DNA from: Neocallimastix sp. 'constans'
Taxonomy: Eukaryota
Reading direction: 5' to 3'
Length of the DNA stretch: 64,000 nucleotides
Assembly (NCBI GenBank): GCA_050613775.1
Contig: JBODTK010000141.1
Coordinates: 124,001-188,000 of the forward strand
Every line of letters begins with the position of its first letter. Positions within the stretch are counted from its first letter, which is position 1. The position numbers and the translations under genes were made by a program. This document shows positions 13,696 through 27,050 of this stretch, in pieces. A model generated the notes under the pieces. The model worked only from the letters and a program-made list of their open reading frames with translations. It did no database searches and was not told the origin of the DNA.

Positions 13696-14970
13696 TTTTT
13701 TTTTTAACGGCAGCAAACTTGTTTCATCTTTATTAATTAAATATTTGAAAAAATTCATGTAATAAAAAAAAAAAAAAAAAAAAGATAAAAAAATATACAA
13801 AACAAAAAAAAAAAACACAAAATAAAATAAAATAAAATAATGGTATAAAATATTCTAGTTTCATTTAATTAAAATTTGTAAGACTTTACAAAGGCATTAT
13901 TGTACTGAAGTATAATAATTAATTTGCGCTAGCCCTGCTGGCCTGTCTTACTGTTTCTTCAGCATTGACGCTCTTGGTAGTAGTAGTACTATTCGATTTG
14001 AACCTATTGAACAAAAATCATTGCTGGCCAATAGCAATAGGTATAAACGATTGAAGAAGAGTCGTAGTAACCACCAAGAATAGAGTATCAGAATAAGCAC
14101 CTGATTTCATCTGGCATTTATATAGATCCTTCCATTCCCTTGTACTGTTATTAATACTTCTTCCCCCAAGAAGGAAATTAAACACTTTTTCACACACACT
14201 AGAATCAACATAGACATTATTTTCAATACTATTACTAACATTACTAATAATACTATTACAAATATTACTATAACTATTATTACTATTACTATTATTACTA
14301 TTACTATTATTACTATTATTACTATTACTATTATTACTATTACTATTACTATTACTATTATTACTATTACTATTACTATTATTACTATTACTATTACTAT
14401 TATTACTATTACTATTATTACTGTTGCTATTATCATTATTACTATTAACAATATTATTTGTTAGGTTGCAACGATTAAAAGCATTATATAAAAATAAAAT
14501 TTTATCATTAACTTTACTACGAATATGATTGAAAAATGGACTATCAATAAACCAATGTCTTACCTATTATTTATTACTTTTGCAACAGGAACAAAAAATG
14601 GGTCACATTTGATCTATTATTTTTGCAACTTTAGCAATTCTAGCATCTAATCTATATCCGCTTCGTGCTCTCAATAGCCAATAGAAACCATATGAAAGAT
14701 CAGGATATTCATAACAAAGCTTTATAAAATTTGATGTTTCTTCGAATTTGTTTTTGTCATAAAATTCAGCTTTAACAGAATTGACACAATCGGATAGATC
14801 ATCTCCTTTTTTAGGAATAGATATAATACTTGCTTCATTCCAAGTGCTAGGAAATTCTCCATTTCAAATTCTAGAGTATATCTTCTGTAAACAATTTAAA
14901 CCAGAAGCAGAATTATTTACTAAATTTTCGTCATCCGGAGGAATTAAAGCTTTATAAAATTCAATAGGAA
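13696..14970 (-). mobile_element. Truncated, internally deleted copy (D) of the 16372-21758 LINE family
   Basis: Same 3' end (poly-T + aacggcagcaaacttgtttcatc). Colinear with 16403-17404, then jumps at ~14783 to the equivalent of ~18655. Confidence 0.9.
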
Positions 14971-16367
14971 TTTTATAAAACTTTAATTTTTCCCTTCCTA
15001 ACAAATAAAAAAGAAATAAAACCTAGAAGTAACATCTTTAAAATAGATAGTGTGATGTCCATTAAATTCTCCCCAGATTCATCATTTATTGAACCACTAG
15101 GGCGAGATTCACCCTTCGTGGAAATAGATGATGATCCTGTATTTTCATTATGCCTTATCAGTACGACGTCGACGCTCTTGGATAAGTTTGGTATTTTACA
15201 ATACCTATCAAATAATAGCTCAAATGAACTACTTATGATAGGTATTGCACTTGTTAAGAATTCCGCCAAGCCCACAATTTTTGGAACAGGTGACTCAGAT
15301 GAACCTTTGAAAAGTAGTTCATTTAATTGTCTCTGTTCCCCACTATCGAAATGTAGCTCATTTAAAACTAAAGTCCCACCAAGAAGGAACAAGTATATAT
15401 AATGATTGATATAATCTTCAAAATCAGAAATAGAGTCATAGGAAGAAAGAGGATTAAACGCTCTAATCTTCCTAAGGAATAAAACATAGAGATCATCGAT
15501 GAAATTTAAAGAATTCTATCTAAAAGATGCAAGAGCATCGCATTTAAAAATCCAATGTTCAAAAGATTGTTTATCTTCGCCACAACAGGGGCAAGACTTG
15601 GGACAATCTTCTGAAACTCTACCCATTCTAATAGCAATAGTAGTATTGTATTTATAACCACAGCGTAAACGTATAATCCACGAAAACCCTAAGTTGAATT
15701 GGGGATATTTTAAGCTAAGCATAATTATAGCTTTATTGTTTGAGAACTTGTTACTATCGTAGTTTTGACCTTTAATACCTTGAAATCTGGAAACTGATTT
15801 CCAGTAACGTTCTAAAATATCGTCATATTTTTCACATTTATATTTTTTTGATTTTTTTATACAGTGTTCTTGATTCTTTAGTCCAGGAATAATGATACAT
15901 TTTGGGAATAGATTTAATAAGATCCTTTATAATACAGTTTGATTTACTCCATTTTGCAAAAGATTTAATCTGTAAGGCTGCGCAGACACCAGCAATAGGA
16001 GGAATGCTTAGATCTCGAGATAAAGCATAAGTGCTCATAATAGAATTATGTCTAATATAATCATTGTCTTCTGAATTTGTTTTACCATTTTTAGAGAAGG
16101 AGCCGATACACTAAAATAGACCAGTATTAATTAATGTTTGAATTCTGGCCGTTCTAGATTTGTTTGAACTAATTGAAATGAATAAACTAATGCATTCTTC
16201 ACGGTTGCGAAAACCAAATTGTTCAGTTCTAATGAAATTGTGTGAGAGTGAGTAAGTAGATATTCTATCTGTTATAAATTTTGAAATGATTTTCAGTCCA
16301 ACATTTATGAGAGAAATACCTCGATAATTACTACAATCTGATAAGTCACCTTTCTTAGGGATTAATA

Positions 16368-16371
<4 letters not shown>
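14971..16371 (-). mobile_element. LINE fragment (copy F) with RT core deleted; its last bases resume at 21759-21782
   Basis: IVLIPKKGDLSDCSNYRGISL...QFGFRNREECISLFISI is fused to SNKSRTARIQ. Also CPKSCPCCGE..FEHWIFKC and FLLGG. Continuation SASIVLIP lies beyond the TSD at 21759. Confidence 0.85.
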
Positions 16372-16405
<34 letters not shown>

Positions 16406-16638
16406 GGCAGCAAACTTGTTTCATCTTTATTAATTAAATATTTGATAAAATACATGTAATAAAATAATAAAAAAAAAAAAAAGATAAAAAAATAAACAAA
16501 AAATAAAACACAAAATAAAAATAAAATAATGGTATAATATATTCTAGTTTCATTTAATTAATAATTGTAAGACTTCACAAGGCATTATTATACTGAAGTA
16601 TAATAATTAACTTTGACTTCGCAATGTTAATCATAATT

Positions 16639-19600
16639 TTAAGATACAAAATTATGATCTTCATTGGTTGCGCTAGCCCTGCTGGCCTGTCTTACTGTTT
16701 CTTCAGCATTGACGCTCTTGGTAGTAGTAGTACGATTCGATTTGAACCTATTGAACAAAGACCATTGCTGGCCAATAGCAATAGGTATAATCGATTGGAG
16801 AAGTGCCGCAGTAACCACTAAGAACGGAGTATCAGAATAAGCACCTGATTTCATCTGGCATTTATATAGATCCTTCCATTCCCTTGTACTGTTATTAATA
16901 CTTCGACCTCCAAGAAGGAAATTAAACACTTTTTCACACACACTAGAATCAATATACACATTATTTTCAATACTATTACTAACATTACTAAAAATACTAT
17001 TACTAATATTATTATTACTATTATAACTATTACTATTATTACTATTACTATTATCATTATTACTATTAACAATATCATTTGTTATGTTGCCACGGTAAAA
17101 AGCATTATATAAAAATAAAATTTTATCATTAACTTTACTACGAGTATGATTGAAAAAGGGACAATCAATTAACCAATGACTTATCCATTGTTTATTACTT
17201 TTACAACAGGGACAAAAATTAGGACACATTTGGTCCACTATTTTTGCAGCTTTAGCAATTCTAGCATCTAATCTATATCCGCTTCGTGCTCTCAATAGCC
17301 AATAGAAACCATATGAAAGATCAGGATAGTCATAACAAAGTTTTATAAATTTTGATGTTTCTTCGAATTTGTTTTTGTCATAAAACTCAGCTTTAATAGA
17401 ATTGATTTTCATATCTCTTTTCCAATAAAAATCCTTGATTTTATTATCGTTATTACCTCTTTTCTCTAGTTTACGTTTAAGAGTTCTACTTTCTTTTGTC
17501 CATGTATATTTTCTAGATTTTGGAATATTATTAACTAAATAGGAAATAATACAATTTGAATTTTTCCATTTATCAAAACATTTGACCTGAGACAAAGCAC
17601 ACTTAGCTGACAATGGAGGAATATGTAAATCTTTTGAAATAGAATATACATTAATAAATGATTTGGCTTTTTGTATACCTGCAATCCATTTTAATCCTTT
17701 ATTAATTAATTTCTGAGTATTATTTGTTCTCGTTTTATTCGAACCAAGTAAAGGTGTAAAGTAAGAGACTTTACTAAGTACATAAGAGTTAATTATAATC
17801 TTCTTAAATGGAATAGGAATTTTGGAATTTGAAAGAAATTTACTAACAGAAAAGAGAGCTTTAGTTACTTTAGAGTTAAGTAATTTAATAATAGGTTTCA
17901 ACGATAAGCTTTTATCAAATGGTATACCTAAATAGGTATAACATTTAGTTATTGGAATTGGTTGACCAGCAAGATAAAAAGTAGGATCTCTTTTATTTTG
18001 AAAAAGAGGTATGTCTGGTCGAATCACCATCGTTGCACACTTATTAATTCCAAAATTCATCATATTAAATTTAGCCCATTCATTTACCTTCTTAAGCATT
18101 TTTTTCAACTTAGTTCTTGACGGTGCGCATAGAACAATATCATCTGCAAAGAGTCCACCACAACATCTAGATTCGCCTAAAGGAATTCCAAGTTCTGAAG
18201 CATCATTAAAAATGTCATTAATAAAAAGATTGAAAAGAATTGGTGATAGTGGACAACCTTGTCTAACTCCTTTCATAATATTAAAAGATTCCGAATATTG
18301 ATCATCAATTTTAACACTAGCTTTGGATGTCAAATATAGATTTTTTATAAATTGATAACATTTACCTCTAATACCTAAAGCATCTAATTTATATAAAATA
18401 TTACCTATTGGAACAGAATCATATGCCTTTTTTAAATCTAGAAAAGCTAGGTAAGTTTCTTTATTATCATTTTTACGCCTTTGACAAATTTCTCGAATTG
18501 AAATAAATAAACTAACACATTCTTCTTTAGTACGAAATCCAAATTGCTCTGGCCTAATAAAATTATTTTTAAGTCCATATTCTGAAATTCTTTTGGAGAC
18601 TATTTTCGAAATGAGTTTAATACCATTGTTAATCAGAGAGATACCTCGATAATTGTCACAATCAGATAGATCATCTCCTTTTTTAGGAATAGATATAATA
18701 CTTGCTTCATTCCATGAGCTAGGAAATTCTCCATTCCAAATTCTTGAGTATATCTTCTGTAAACAATTTAAACCAGAAGAAGAATTATTTACTGAATTTT
18801 CGTCATCCGGAGGAATTAAAGCTTTATAAAATTCAATAGGAATTCCATCCGGGCCTGAAGCTTTAAAATTTGGAGTAGCCAAAATTGCTTCTCTAATTTC
18901 TTCTATACTGATGTCTTGATTTATATCCCATTCATTGTGTCTCGTATACCTAATTGTTCCATTGGAAAATTTATTATACCATTCGATTAATGCACTATTG
19001 ATATCAGAATGGCTTGAAGCAAGTTTTTTATAGTGATTGTGCCATACTTCTAACTGTTCTTTAGTAGAAGTAGCTAATTTACCATTTTTGTCCTTTACTG
19101 GAGAATTTGACATATTTTTAAATTTATCTACTTTTGCTGTTGTTTTAAGCCATTTCCAAGCTTTCTTAGGGTTATGAGATTTCATATATTCACATCCTGT
19201 ATTAATCCAATGTTGGTATTCAGTTTTCCTATAAATATTACACATATGATGAATAATTTTACACATTCTATTATATTTATCAATTAATTCTTCAAATTCA
19301 TCTAAATTATGATAAGAACCTCTTCTTTTAATGGATTTATATAATTTCATTTTGAGTTTTTGCAAATTAAATATTTTCTGCGACATATGAAAAAAAGATT
19401 TTCGAACTTCTGAAATTGACGTGATATTAAGTTCCTTAGCAATATTGAATGAAGTTGAAATAAATTTCTTTGAAATATCATCAATACTAATATTAGGATC
19501 TGGAATCACTTCCTCTAATACACTAAAATAGTTGTTGTCAAAAATTGATTCTTTTTCATTTATACATTTTAATATATCCCATTTAACTGTCTTTTTAGGC

Positions 19601-20862
19601 AGAGAGAAAGAATTATCTGAATTAACTGATGAAAAACATTTACCTTTTATTAATAAAGGTTTATGATCCGAAATGGGGGGAAAGTCAATAAAAGTACCAT
19701 ATGAAAGTAAATCTAACATATGATCATTGACAATCGCATGATCTATATCAGATTCTCTATTACCTCTACTCCATGAAATTGGGGAGCCCCATAAGGGAAG
19801 AATTTTCCAATTACTAAATTTAGAGAGCAAATTACTTAATTTCTCAGTAGGTAAATTAAAATCACCAACCAACATTGAAGGATGAGAAGAGTGACTATTT
19901 AACCAAGACAATATTTCAATTCTAGCAGCTCTAGCATGAAGGCTATGGCCACTATGAGGTACGTACACATTACCAATAGAACATTTAGTGAAATTCCAAA
20001 AATTATAAGTATACAAGGAAATAATATACTCATAAGTGTTGTTTTCAAGAGAGGCTTGACAAGAATTATGAAACCCTATATAAAGTCCTCTTTTACCGGG
20101 AATTTCATTATTAGCTTTTTTGAAGAAATGTTTGTAGTTTTTTAATGATACTCGACATGGATATTTACTGCTAGAACCTGAACCATTTCCTGTTTCCTGA
20201 AAGCATAAGAAAAGTGGTTTGTACATTGAAATAAAGAATTCAACACTGTCTTTTTTATCAAAGTTCCATCCATTAGTATTCCAACTGACACATAGAGAAA
20301 ATTCTTTAACTGTATTATTATTAATATGAGTGTTATTAATATTATTGGAATTATTATAATTGATTGAACTGAAATTTGAATTTGAATCTGAGCTTGAAAC
20401 TGAATTTAAACATAAATTTGAAATTGAACTTGATCTTGTACTTGAACTTGAACTTGAACTTGAACTTGAACTTGTACTTGAACTTGTACTTGAACTTGAA
20501 CTTGAAATTGTACTTGAACTTGGACTTGAACTTGAACTTGAACCTGTACTTGAACTTGTACTTAAACTTGTACTTGAACTTGAACTTGAGCTTGTACTTG
20601 AACTTGTACTTGAACTTGAACTTGAGCTTGTACTTGAACTTGAACATGAATCTGTATTTGAACTTGAATTTGAATTTTGACTTGAATCTGCATTTGAATT
20701 TGAAGTAGTGAATAAGTTGATATTATAAGATGAATTCACTTTTTCTGATAAGGCAAAATGTTTCCTTTTGAGTGAAGAAAAACTGTATTTATGATTCCTT
20801 TTGCTACAATTAATAACGTTAATTGAAGCACGTTTGAAACTATTAACAATACAATCAGTAAT

Positions 20863-20902
<40 letters not shown>

Positions 20903-21725
20903 GGCAGCAAACTTGTTTCATCTTTATTAATTAAATATTTGATAAAATACATGTAATAAAATAAAAAAAAAAAAAAGATAAAAAAATAAACAAAAAATAA
21001 AACACAAAATAAAAATAAAATAATGGTATAATATATTCTAGTTTCATTTAATTAATATTTGTAAGACTTCACAAGGGCATTATTATACTGAAGTATAATA
21101 ATTAACTTTGACTTCGCAATGTTAATCATAATTTTAAGATACAAAATTATGATCTTCATTGGTTGCGCTAGCCCTGCTGGCCTGTCTTACTGTTTCTTCA
21201 GCATTGACGCTCTTGGTAGTAGTAGTACGATTCGATTTGAACCTATTGAACAAAGACCATTGATGGCCAATAGCAATAGGTATAATCGATTGGAGAAGTG
21301 CCGCAGTAACCACTAAGAACGGAGTATCAGAATAAGCACCTGATTTCATCTGGCACTTAAATAGATCCTTCCATTCCCTTGTACTGTAATTAATACTTCG
21401 ACCTCCAAGAAGGAAATTAAACACTTTTTCACACACACTAGAATCAATATACACATTATTTTCAATACTATTACTAACATTACTAAAAATACTATTACTA
21501 ATATTATTATTACTATTATAACTATTACTAATCAGTAATAGATGTTAATTCTTCTTCATTACCTACTATTTTAATTTTAAAGAATGCATCATTAAAATTA
21601 GCAATACGTTTAACTGATAAAACCTTATCATTTAACTCATTCAGAGTTTTCTTTAAATGTCTTCTCATTTTGATTTCTGGCCAAGATCGAAGTCCGCGGA
21701 TAAAGAGTAGTTTCGTATTCTCCAT
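16639..21725 (-). CDS. LINE polyprotein: short N-terminal domain, Ser-rich linker, APE endonuclease, reverse transcriptase, C-terminal CCHC-type finger; interrupted by a 677-bp insertion (1469 aa once removed)
   Basis: APE motifs SWNTNG, FQET, GDFN, IDH, SDH. RT motifs QFGFR, LDLKKAYDSV, GVRQGCPLSPILF, LFADD, YLG. Finger CPCC...HWLIDC. ORF 21528-21830 ends LTSITD and the main ORF resumes SITDCIV across the TSD. Confidence 0.93.
20867..21529 (-). mobile_element. Near-identical 5'-truncated copy (E') nested in copy E, 14-bp TSD
   Basis: TSD aatcagtaatagat at 20853-20866 and 21530-21543. Sequence matches 16372-17030 with only a few substitutions. Confidence 0.95.
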
Positions 21726-21782
21726 TGGTATACCGTGGCACCTTGAACCTCTTAGAATGGGATTAATACAATAGAAGCTGAG

Positions 21783-21845
21783 TTTTTTTTTTTTTTTTTT
21801 TTTTAGACAGGGAAGAGAATACACTTCCAAAACTTTATTAATTTG
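21783..21845 (-). mobile_element. Very short poly(A)-tailed retroelement 3' end (G)
   Basis: Poly-T followed by agacagggaag...cttccaaaactttatt. Minus strand reads AATAAAG...GTCT(A)n, like copy C's end. Right boundary uncertain. Confidence 0.5.
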
Positions 21846-22203
21846 TTATAATTAGTAAAACATCTTAACCTGACCAATAAAAAATACTACACTAAAAACA
21901 CTTAATATTCATGAAAATAACATATATATTTAAAATTCAATTCATTTTTAATTAAATTCTTAAACACAAAAAAAAAAAAAAAAAAAAAAATATTCAAATT
22001 ACTTTCTTTTTTATTTTATTTTATTTTATTATATTTTATTTTAATAATTTAATCTTTATTTACTTAGAAATTATTATTCAATTATGTGATTTGATTGTTT
22101 GTAAATGATGTTTGATTTTTAATTAAGTTTATGTATTATTATTTTGTTTTACAAGGGAAAAAAAAAAAAATAAAAAAATAAAGAAAAATCTTATTTAATA
22201 TTG

Positions 22204-22241
<38 letters not shown>

Positions 22242-22476
22242 CCATTTTTTATAAACAAAAAAAATTTTTTCTTTTTTATTTACAATATATTTTTTTACAA
22301 ATAAACTTCACTTTTTACAAATTCTCTTGACTAGCTTAGTATTATTTGTGTTATTTTTGTTCATTTTTGTTTGGATTTTTTATTTTTTTCTTTTTTTCTT
22401 TTCACTTTTTTGATCTTTTTTTAATTTTTTATTTTAATTTTTAATGTCTTTTTCCAATAGATTAAATTTAATTCAT

Positions 22477-25155
22477 TTATAAGTAGTAAGATGGTCTTTC
22501 ACCAACACCACCAAACTTATCGAAAACAATACCAGAAATTGTGTAGTTAAGCTTATCAGCGTTTTCTCTAGTATCAGCTTCAGCGTAAACACGAACAATA
22601 TCTTCAGTACCAGATGGTCTGACGAAGCAACGACCATTTGGATATTTCTTTACTTCAGCGAAAATAATATCTTGAAGTTCCTTTGGTGATTCTAATTCAG
22701 TATCAGCTTTAATACATTTGAATTGATGTCTATCAGCAACCTTAACTTTTTCTTGTCTGCTTGGAAGATCAGTGTATTGAGAATCCCATTGTTCTAAAGT
22801 CCATTCACGAACAGTTAAAATAGCTTCAACTAAAAGCATATCAGAAATAGCATCACCAACAGCTTGGTTAATAAGTTCAGTTAATCCAGTTAAGCTTTCA
22901 ATAGCCTTTTCTTGTTCTGGAGTAGAACCCTTAGCACTCTTGAAAGCCTTAATAGCGGGATCACTGAAAAGAACAGTACCGTGACCATTAGCTTCAAAGT
23001 AAACACCAACATCGTACTTTAAGGCTTCGTGGTGAAGGTGCTTAACACCAGTTTGAGTGAAAGGAACTGGAACGTTAAGCTTGTTACGAAGGTAATCAGT
23101 AGAACTACCGTTAGCGTAAGCAGTTTGAACAACACCAATCTTAAGTGGACTTTTACTACCATCTTCTCTTTGAACTTCAATGTTAGCAATCTTTGCCATA
23201 TCCATAATGTAACCAGCAGCTAAAGAGGCAATCTTATCACCATCTAAAAGTCTAAACTTGTTATCTTTTCATATATATATTATTTTTTTAGAAAGTATTA
23301 AGATATTTATTAGATAAATTATTGTTTCATAAATAATATATTTTATCATTAAAAAAAATACAACTTCATAGTTATATATAATTCTTTTCCTCTTTTAATT
23401 ATACATTCCATAAATATATATACATATTTAATATATATAGTATTTGATTTTATTTATAATTTTTTTATTTACTTATTGTTATATAAATTTATTCGTAAAA
23501 AAAAAAAAAAACTAATATTTACCTTTGTCAGCATAATAATAAACAATACGATCAGCATCACCATCAAGGGAGCAAGCACGAATTCCTGGCTTTAAATCTA
23601 ATCCTTCTGGTTTAGCTTGGTTTAACTTAACAAAGTCAGCACCACACTTAAAGTTAAGCTTGCCCTTAGTTGTAATTTGGTCATTTTCAACCTTAATGGC
23701 AATATCATCACCCATAACCTTAATTAATTCCTTTAACTTTGGAGCACCAACACCATTGGCACAATCGACATGAAGTTCAGATAACTTTGGCTTGCCAGCC
23801 TATTATAATAAATACATTATAAAAAATATTTTAAAATTTAATATCTATACCTTAAAAAAAATAATTTAATAACAAATTATTATTACATAATACTTACAAT
23901 AAACTTCTTGAATGCAGTGTGTAATTTGTTATAGTAACCATCAGTAGTTGGTTCACCGTAGGCATCTGGAGTACCCTTAGTGTTAATACATCTAACCATA
24001 TAATGAAGTTGTGGAGTAGTTAACATATCATAGTTCTTAATATCTGCCTTCATGACATTAAGACCATCAAGTAAAGCCTTAACTAAAAGTTCACCACTTG
24101 GTCTATTTTAATTTAATCAAATATTTTATATAATTTTTTAAAAAATAAATATTTATTTATATTTAATAAATTATAAAATTTTAAATTATACTTATTTTGA
24201 ATTATTTAAATTTAATATTTACCTAGTATCTCTAGCAATAACAACACTAGAGTTAACATCCATTGGGATCTTTTCTTCATCAATAACCTTTTTTAAGGAA
24301 TCTAACATAGCATCTTCTGTTTCAGCATTAGCTAATTCAGTAGCGTAACCTTCCCAAGATTGCTTTAACATTTCACCCATTGGTTCAACCAACTTGACAC
24401 CATTATCCTATATATTATTGTGTTATTAATTTTTATAATATTATTATTTTATTTTTATTATTATTTTGTTATTATTATTATTATACAACAATTTCAGTAT
24501 TTTTAAAAATACGTAATATGAAAACATACAGCTTCTGGGTTGTGAGAAGCAGTGATCATAACACCAATAGTCTTGCCAAGAACCTTGGAACGAAGAACAG
24601 CTAAGAGACCAATACGGAACATAACAGATGGAAGTAAGTCACCCCTTTTTTTAATAACAATAATAAATTATTAATAATAAAATTAATATTACTTATAAAA
24701 TAAAAAAAATAACGTTTCATCCTTTATATTTTTAATAATAAGGAAATATTTAGAAATGGTTATATTGAAAATATTATTATTTTTTAATACATATATATTT
24801 CCTTTATATTTTCTTTATATTTTATTATTCGTTATTATTCAACTATTTATTATAAAAACACCAAAACTACCATTTGTAAATAATAAATATCAATTATATC
24901 TATTATCTTCTTTTTGTTTATTAAATTATTTTCTTATTAAAACACAGATGTAATAAAAACAAAACCAGAAAATAAAAAATTATATATATATATAATAATA
25001 ATTATAATAATAAATAATGAAAAAAAAAACTATTTATAAATAAATATTTACTTAGTACGGAAACCAGCAGTACCATATGTGTAAGTAACAGCTGGTTTTG
25101 GCCAAGCCTTAGCGGCAGTCTTAATAGCTTCAGTAGTAATTCCTCCAAAAGACAT
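22477..25155 (-). CDS. PCM1: Phosphoacetylglucosamine mutase (PGM3/AGM1), multi-exon
   Basis: [17 protein letters not shown] (catalytic Ser loop), [13 protein letters not shown] (metal loop), [22 protein letters not shown] introns. Confidence 0.96.
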
Positions 25156-25624
25156 TTTGTATTCTACAATTTATAACATTTAATTAATAATATTTGATTA
25201 ATAAATATTTAAATTATTTTTGATATACAAATATTATTATCAAAATAAATACATTCTATTAATTTGATTTATATAAAATAAATTCTTTAAACCATTCTTT
25301 TGAATATAATATTTTTAAAAACCTAAATTCAAGTATTAATAAAATCATTATCACTTACTTCTAATATTTATTAGTAAATTTAACTAATTAAAAAAAGAGT
25401 GAAGAAAAAAAAAGAAAAAAAATTTTTTTCTTGGTTTATTCATATTTATAGATTAACTATGATCTTTTAAAATGTATTTGACATAATTTATTAAATATGA
25501 AAATTGTAATATATTGAATTACATAGTCAAAAATATAATGTAATATATAAATGTAAAAATAGTATCATACATTAAATATATATTTTATAATTTGTATTTA
25601 TTTATTTATTATTAGTATTTATTA

Positions 25625-25890
25625 TCTATTGTTTATTATTTATTATTTATTATTTATTATTTATTATTTATTATTTATTATTTATTATCTATTGTTATTT
25701 ATTATTATTTATTTATCTATTATTTATTGATTGATTATGTATTATTTATTATTTATTATTTATTATTTATTATTTATTATTTATTATTTATTATTTATTA
25801 TTTATTATTTATTATTTATTATTTATTATTTATTATTTATTATTTATTATTTATTATTTATTATCTATTATTTATTGTTTATTTATTTAT
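25625..25890. repeat. (TTTATTA)n heptamer microsatellite
   Basis: Direct reading. Confidence 0.9.
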
Positions 25891-27050
25891 TATTTTAGTA
25901 TTTTAGTATTTAAATTATTATTATCAAATATTAATAAATTATTAATAATTACAACTTTTATTAAATATTATATTTATATATCATTATATATTAATAATAT
26001 TAAAATGAAACTATTTATATATAATTGATAATAATAATAAAAAAGAAAAAAGAAAAAAAGCCTTTTAATAATTAAATAATATGAAATATATTAATTTCTA
26101 GTTAAAATATATATATTAATATATATTAGAATGTAATAGAACAATTTTAAAAAGATTTTTTTTAAAATAAAAAAAAAAAAAAAAAAAAAAAAACGGTTAA
26201 TAATAAATAAATATATTTAAGATTCTATAAATATTTTTTTAAATAAATTTATATTCATATTATATATTCAATAGCAATTGACACTTTTTTATTATTAATA
26301 CTAATTAAAAAACATTAATTTATAAAAAAAAAAATAATAAATGTTTAAATGTTAAATATTTTATATTTGATTTGTTAATATTAATCAAGAAATTTCTTAT
26401 TTTTATTCTTGAAAATGAAAAAAAAGTATAAAAGTATTTCATTTTTAATAGCAAATAAAAAACAATAATATTAAATTTATGTATTTTTTTAATAAATATA
26501 TATCATTAAATTTATAAATTTATTTATTTATAATTTTTGTTTTATAAATTAATGAAAATCATGATTTTTTTTTTTATTATTATTTTTTAAAACACGAATA
26601 AAATTAAAATCTATACTATTGTATTTAGAAATACAAATATTACATAAAATAATACAGAAAAATAATTAATAATAATTTATGTAGTGAAATATAATATTAA
26701 AAATAAATAAAATAAAAATTTTATTATATTATATTATATTATATTATATATAATATAATATAATAAAATAAAAAAAATAAAAATAAAATAGAATAAAATA
26801 AAATAAAATTAAATAAAAATAGATGATGTTCATTTTAATATTTATGTATATATTGCAATATAAAAAAACTAAAATATATATTTTTTAATTTTTATATATA
26901 TATATATATATAAAAAAACTAAAATATATATTTTTTAATTTTTATATATATATATATATTGAAAATTTTAATATTTAAAATTTAATATATTTTTTCATTT
27001 TTTGAAACTCAAACTTTACTAAAATTTAAATATATTTATTTATATATAAA

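Larger units (their letters stand above)
16372..21758 (-). mobile_element. Full-length single-ORF non-LTR retrotransposon (copy E) with poly(A) tail and 14-bp TSD
   Basis: TSD gggattaatacaat at 16358-16371 and 21759-21772; poly-T 16372-16402; AATAAA upstream of the tail; 33-nt 5' leader before the ATG at 21725. Confidence 0.93.

Noticed and set aside
15052..15402. Antisense ORFs over LINEs and genes (also 18011-18301, 28774-29226, 46040-46429, 55102-55533)
   Set aside because: Shadow frames of real ORFs on the opposite strand.
20865..20952. N-terminus MYFIKY...KKKK of the 1437-aa ORF as the native start
   Set aside because: It is the 3' UTR and poly(A) of the nested copy; the native ATG is at 21725.
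21690..21758. Hammerhead-like pieces (CTAAGAG...GAAAC) at the LINE 5' end
   Set aside because: The core CUGANGA is incomplete and stems I and III could not be built.
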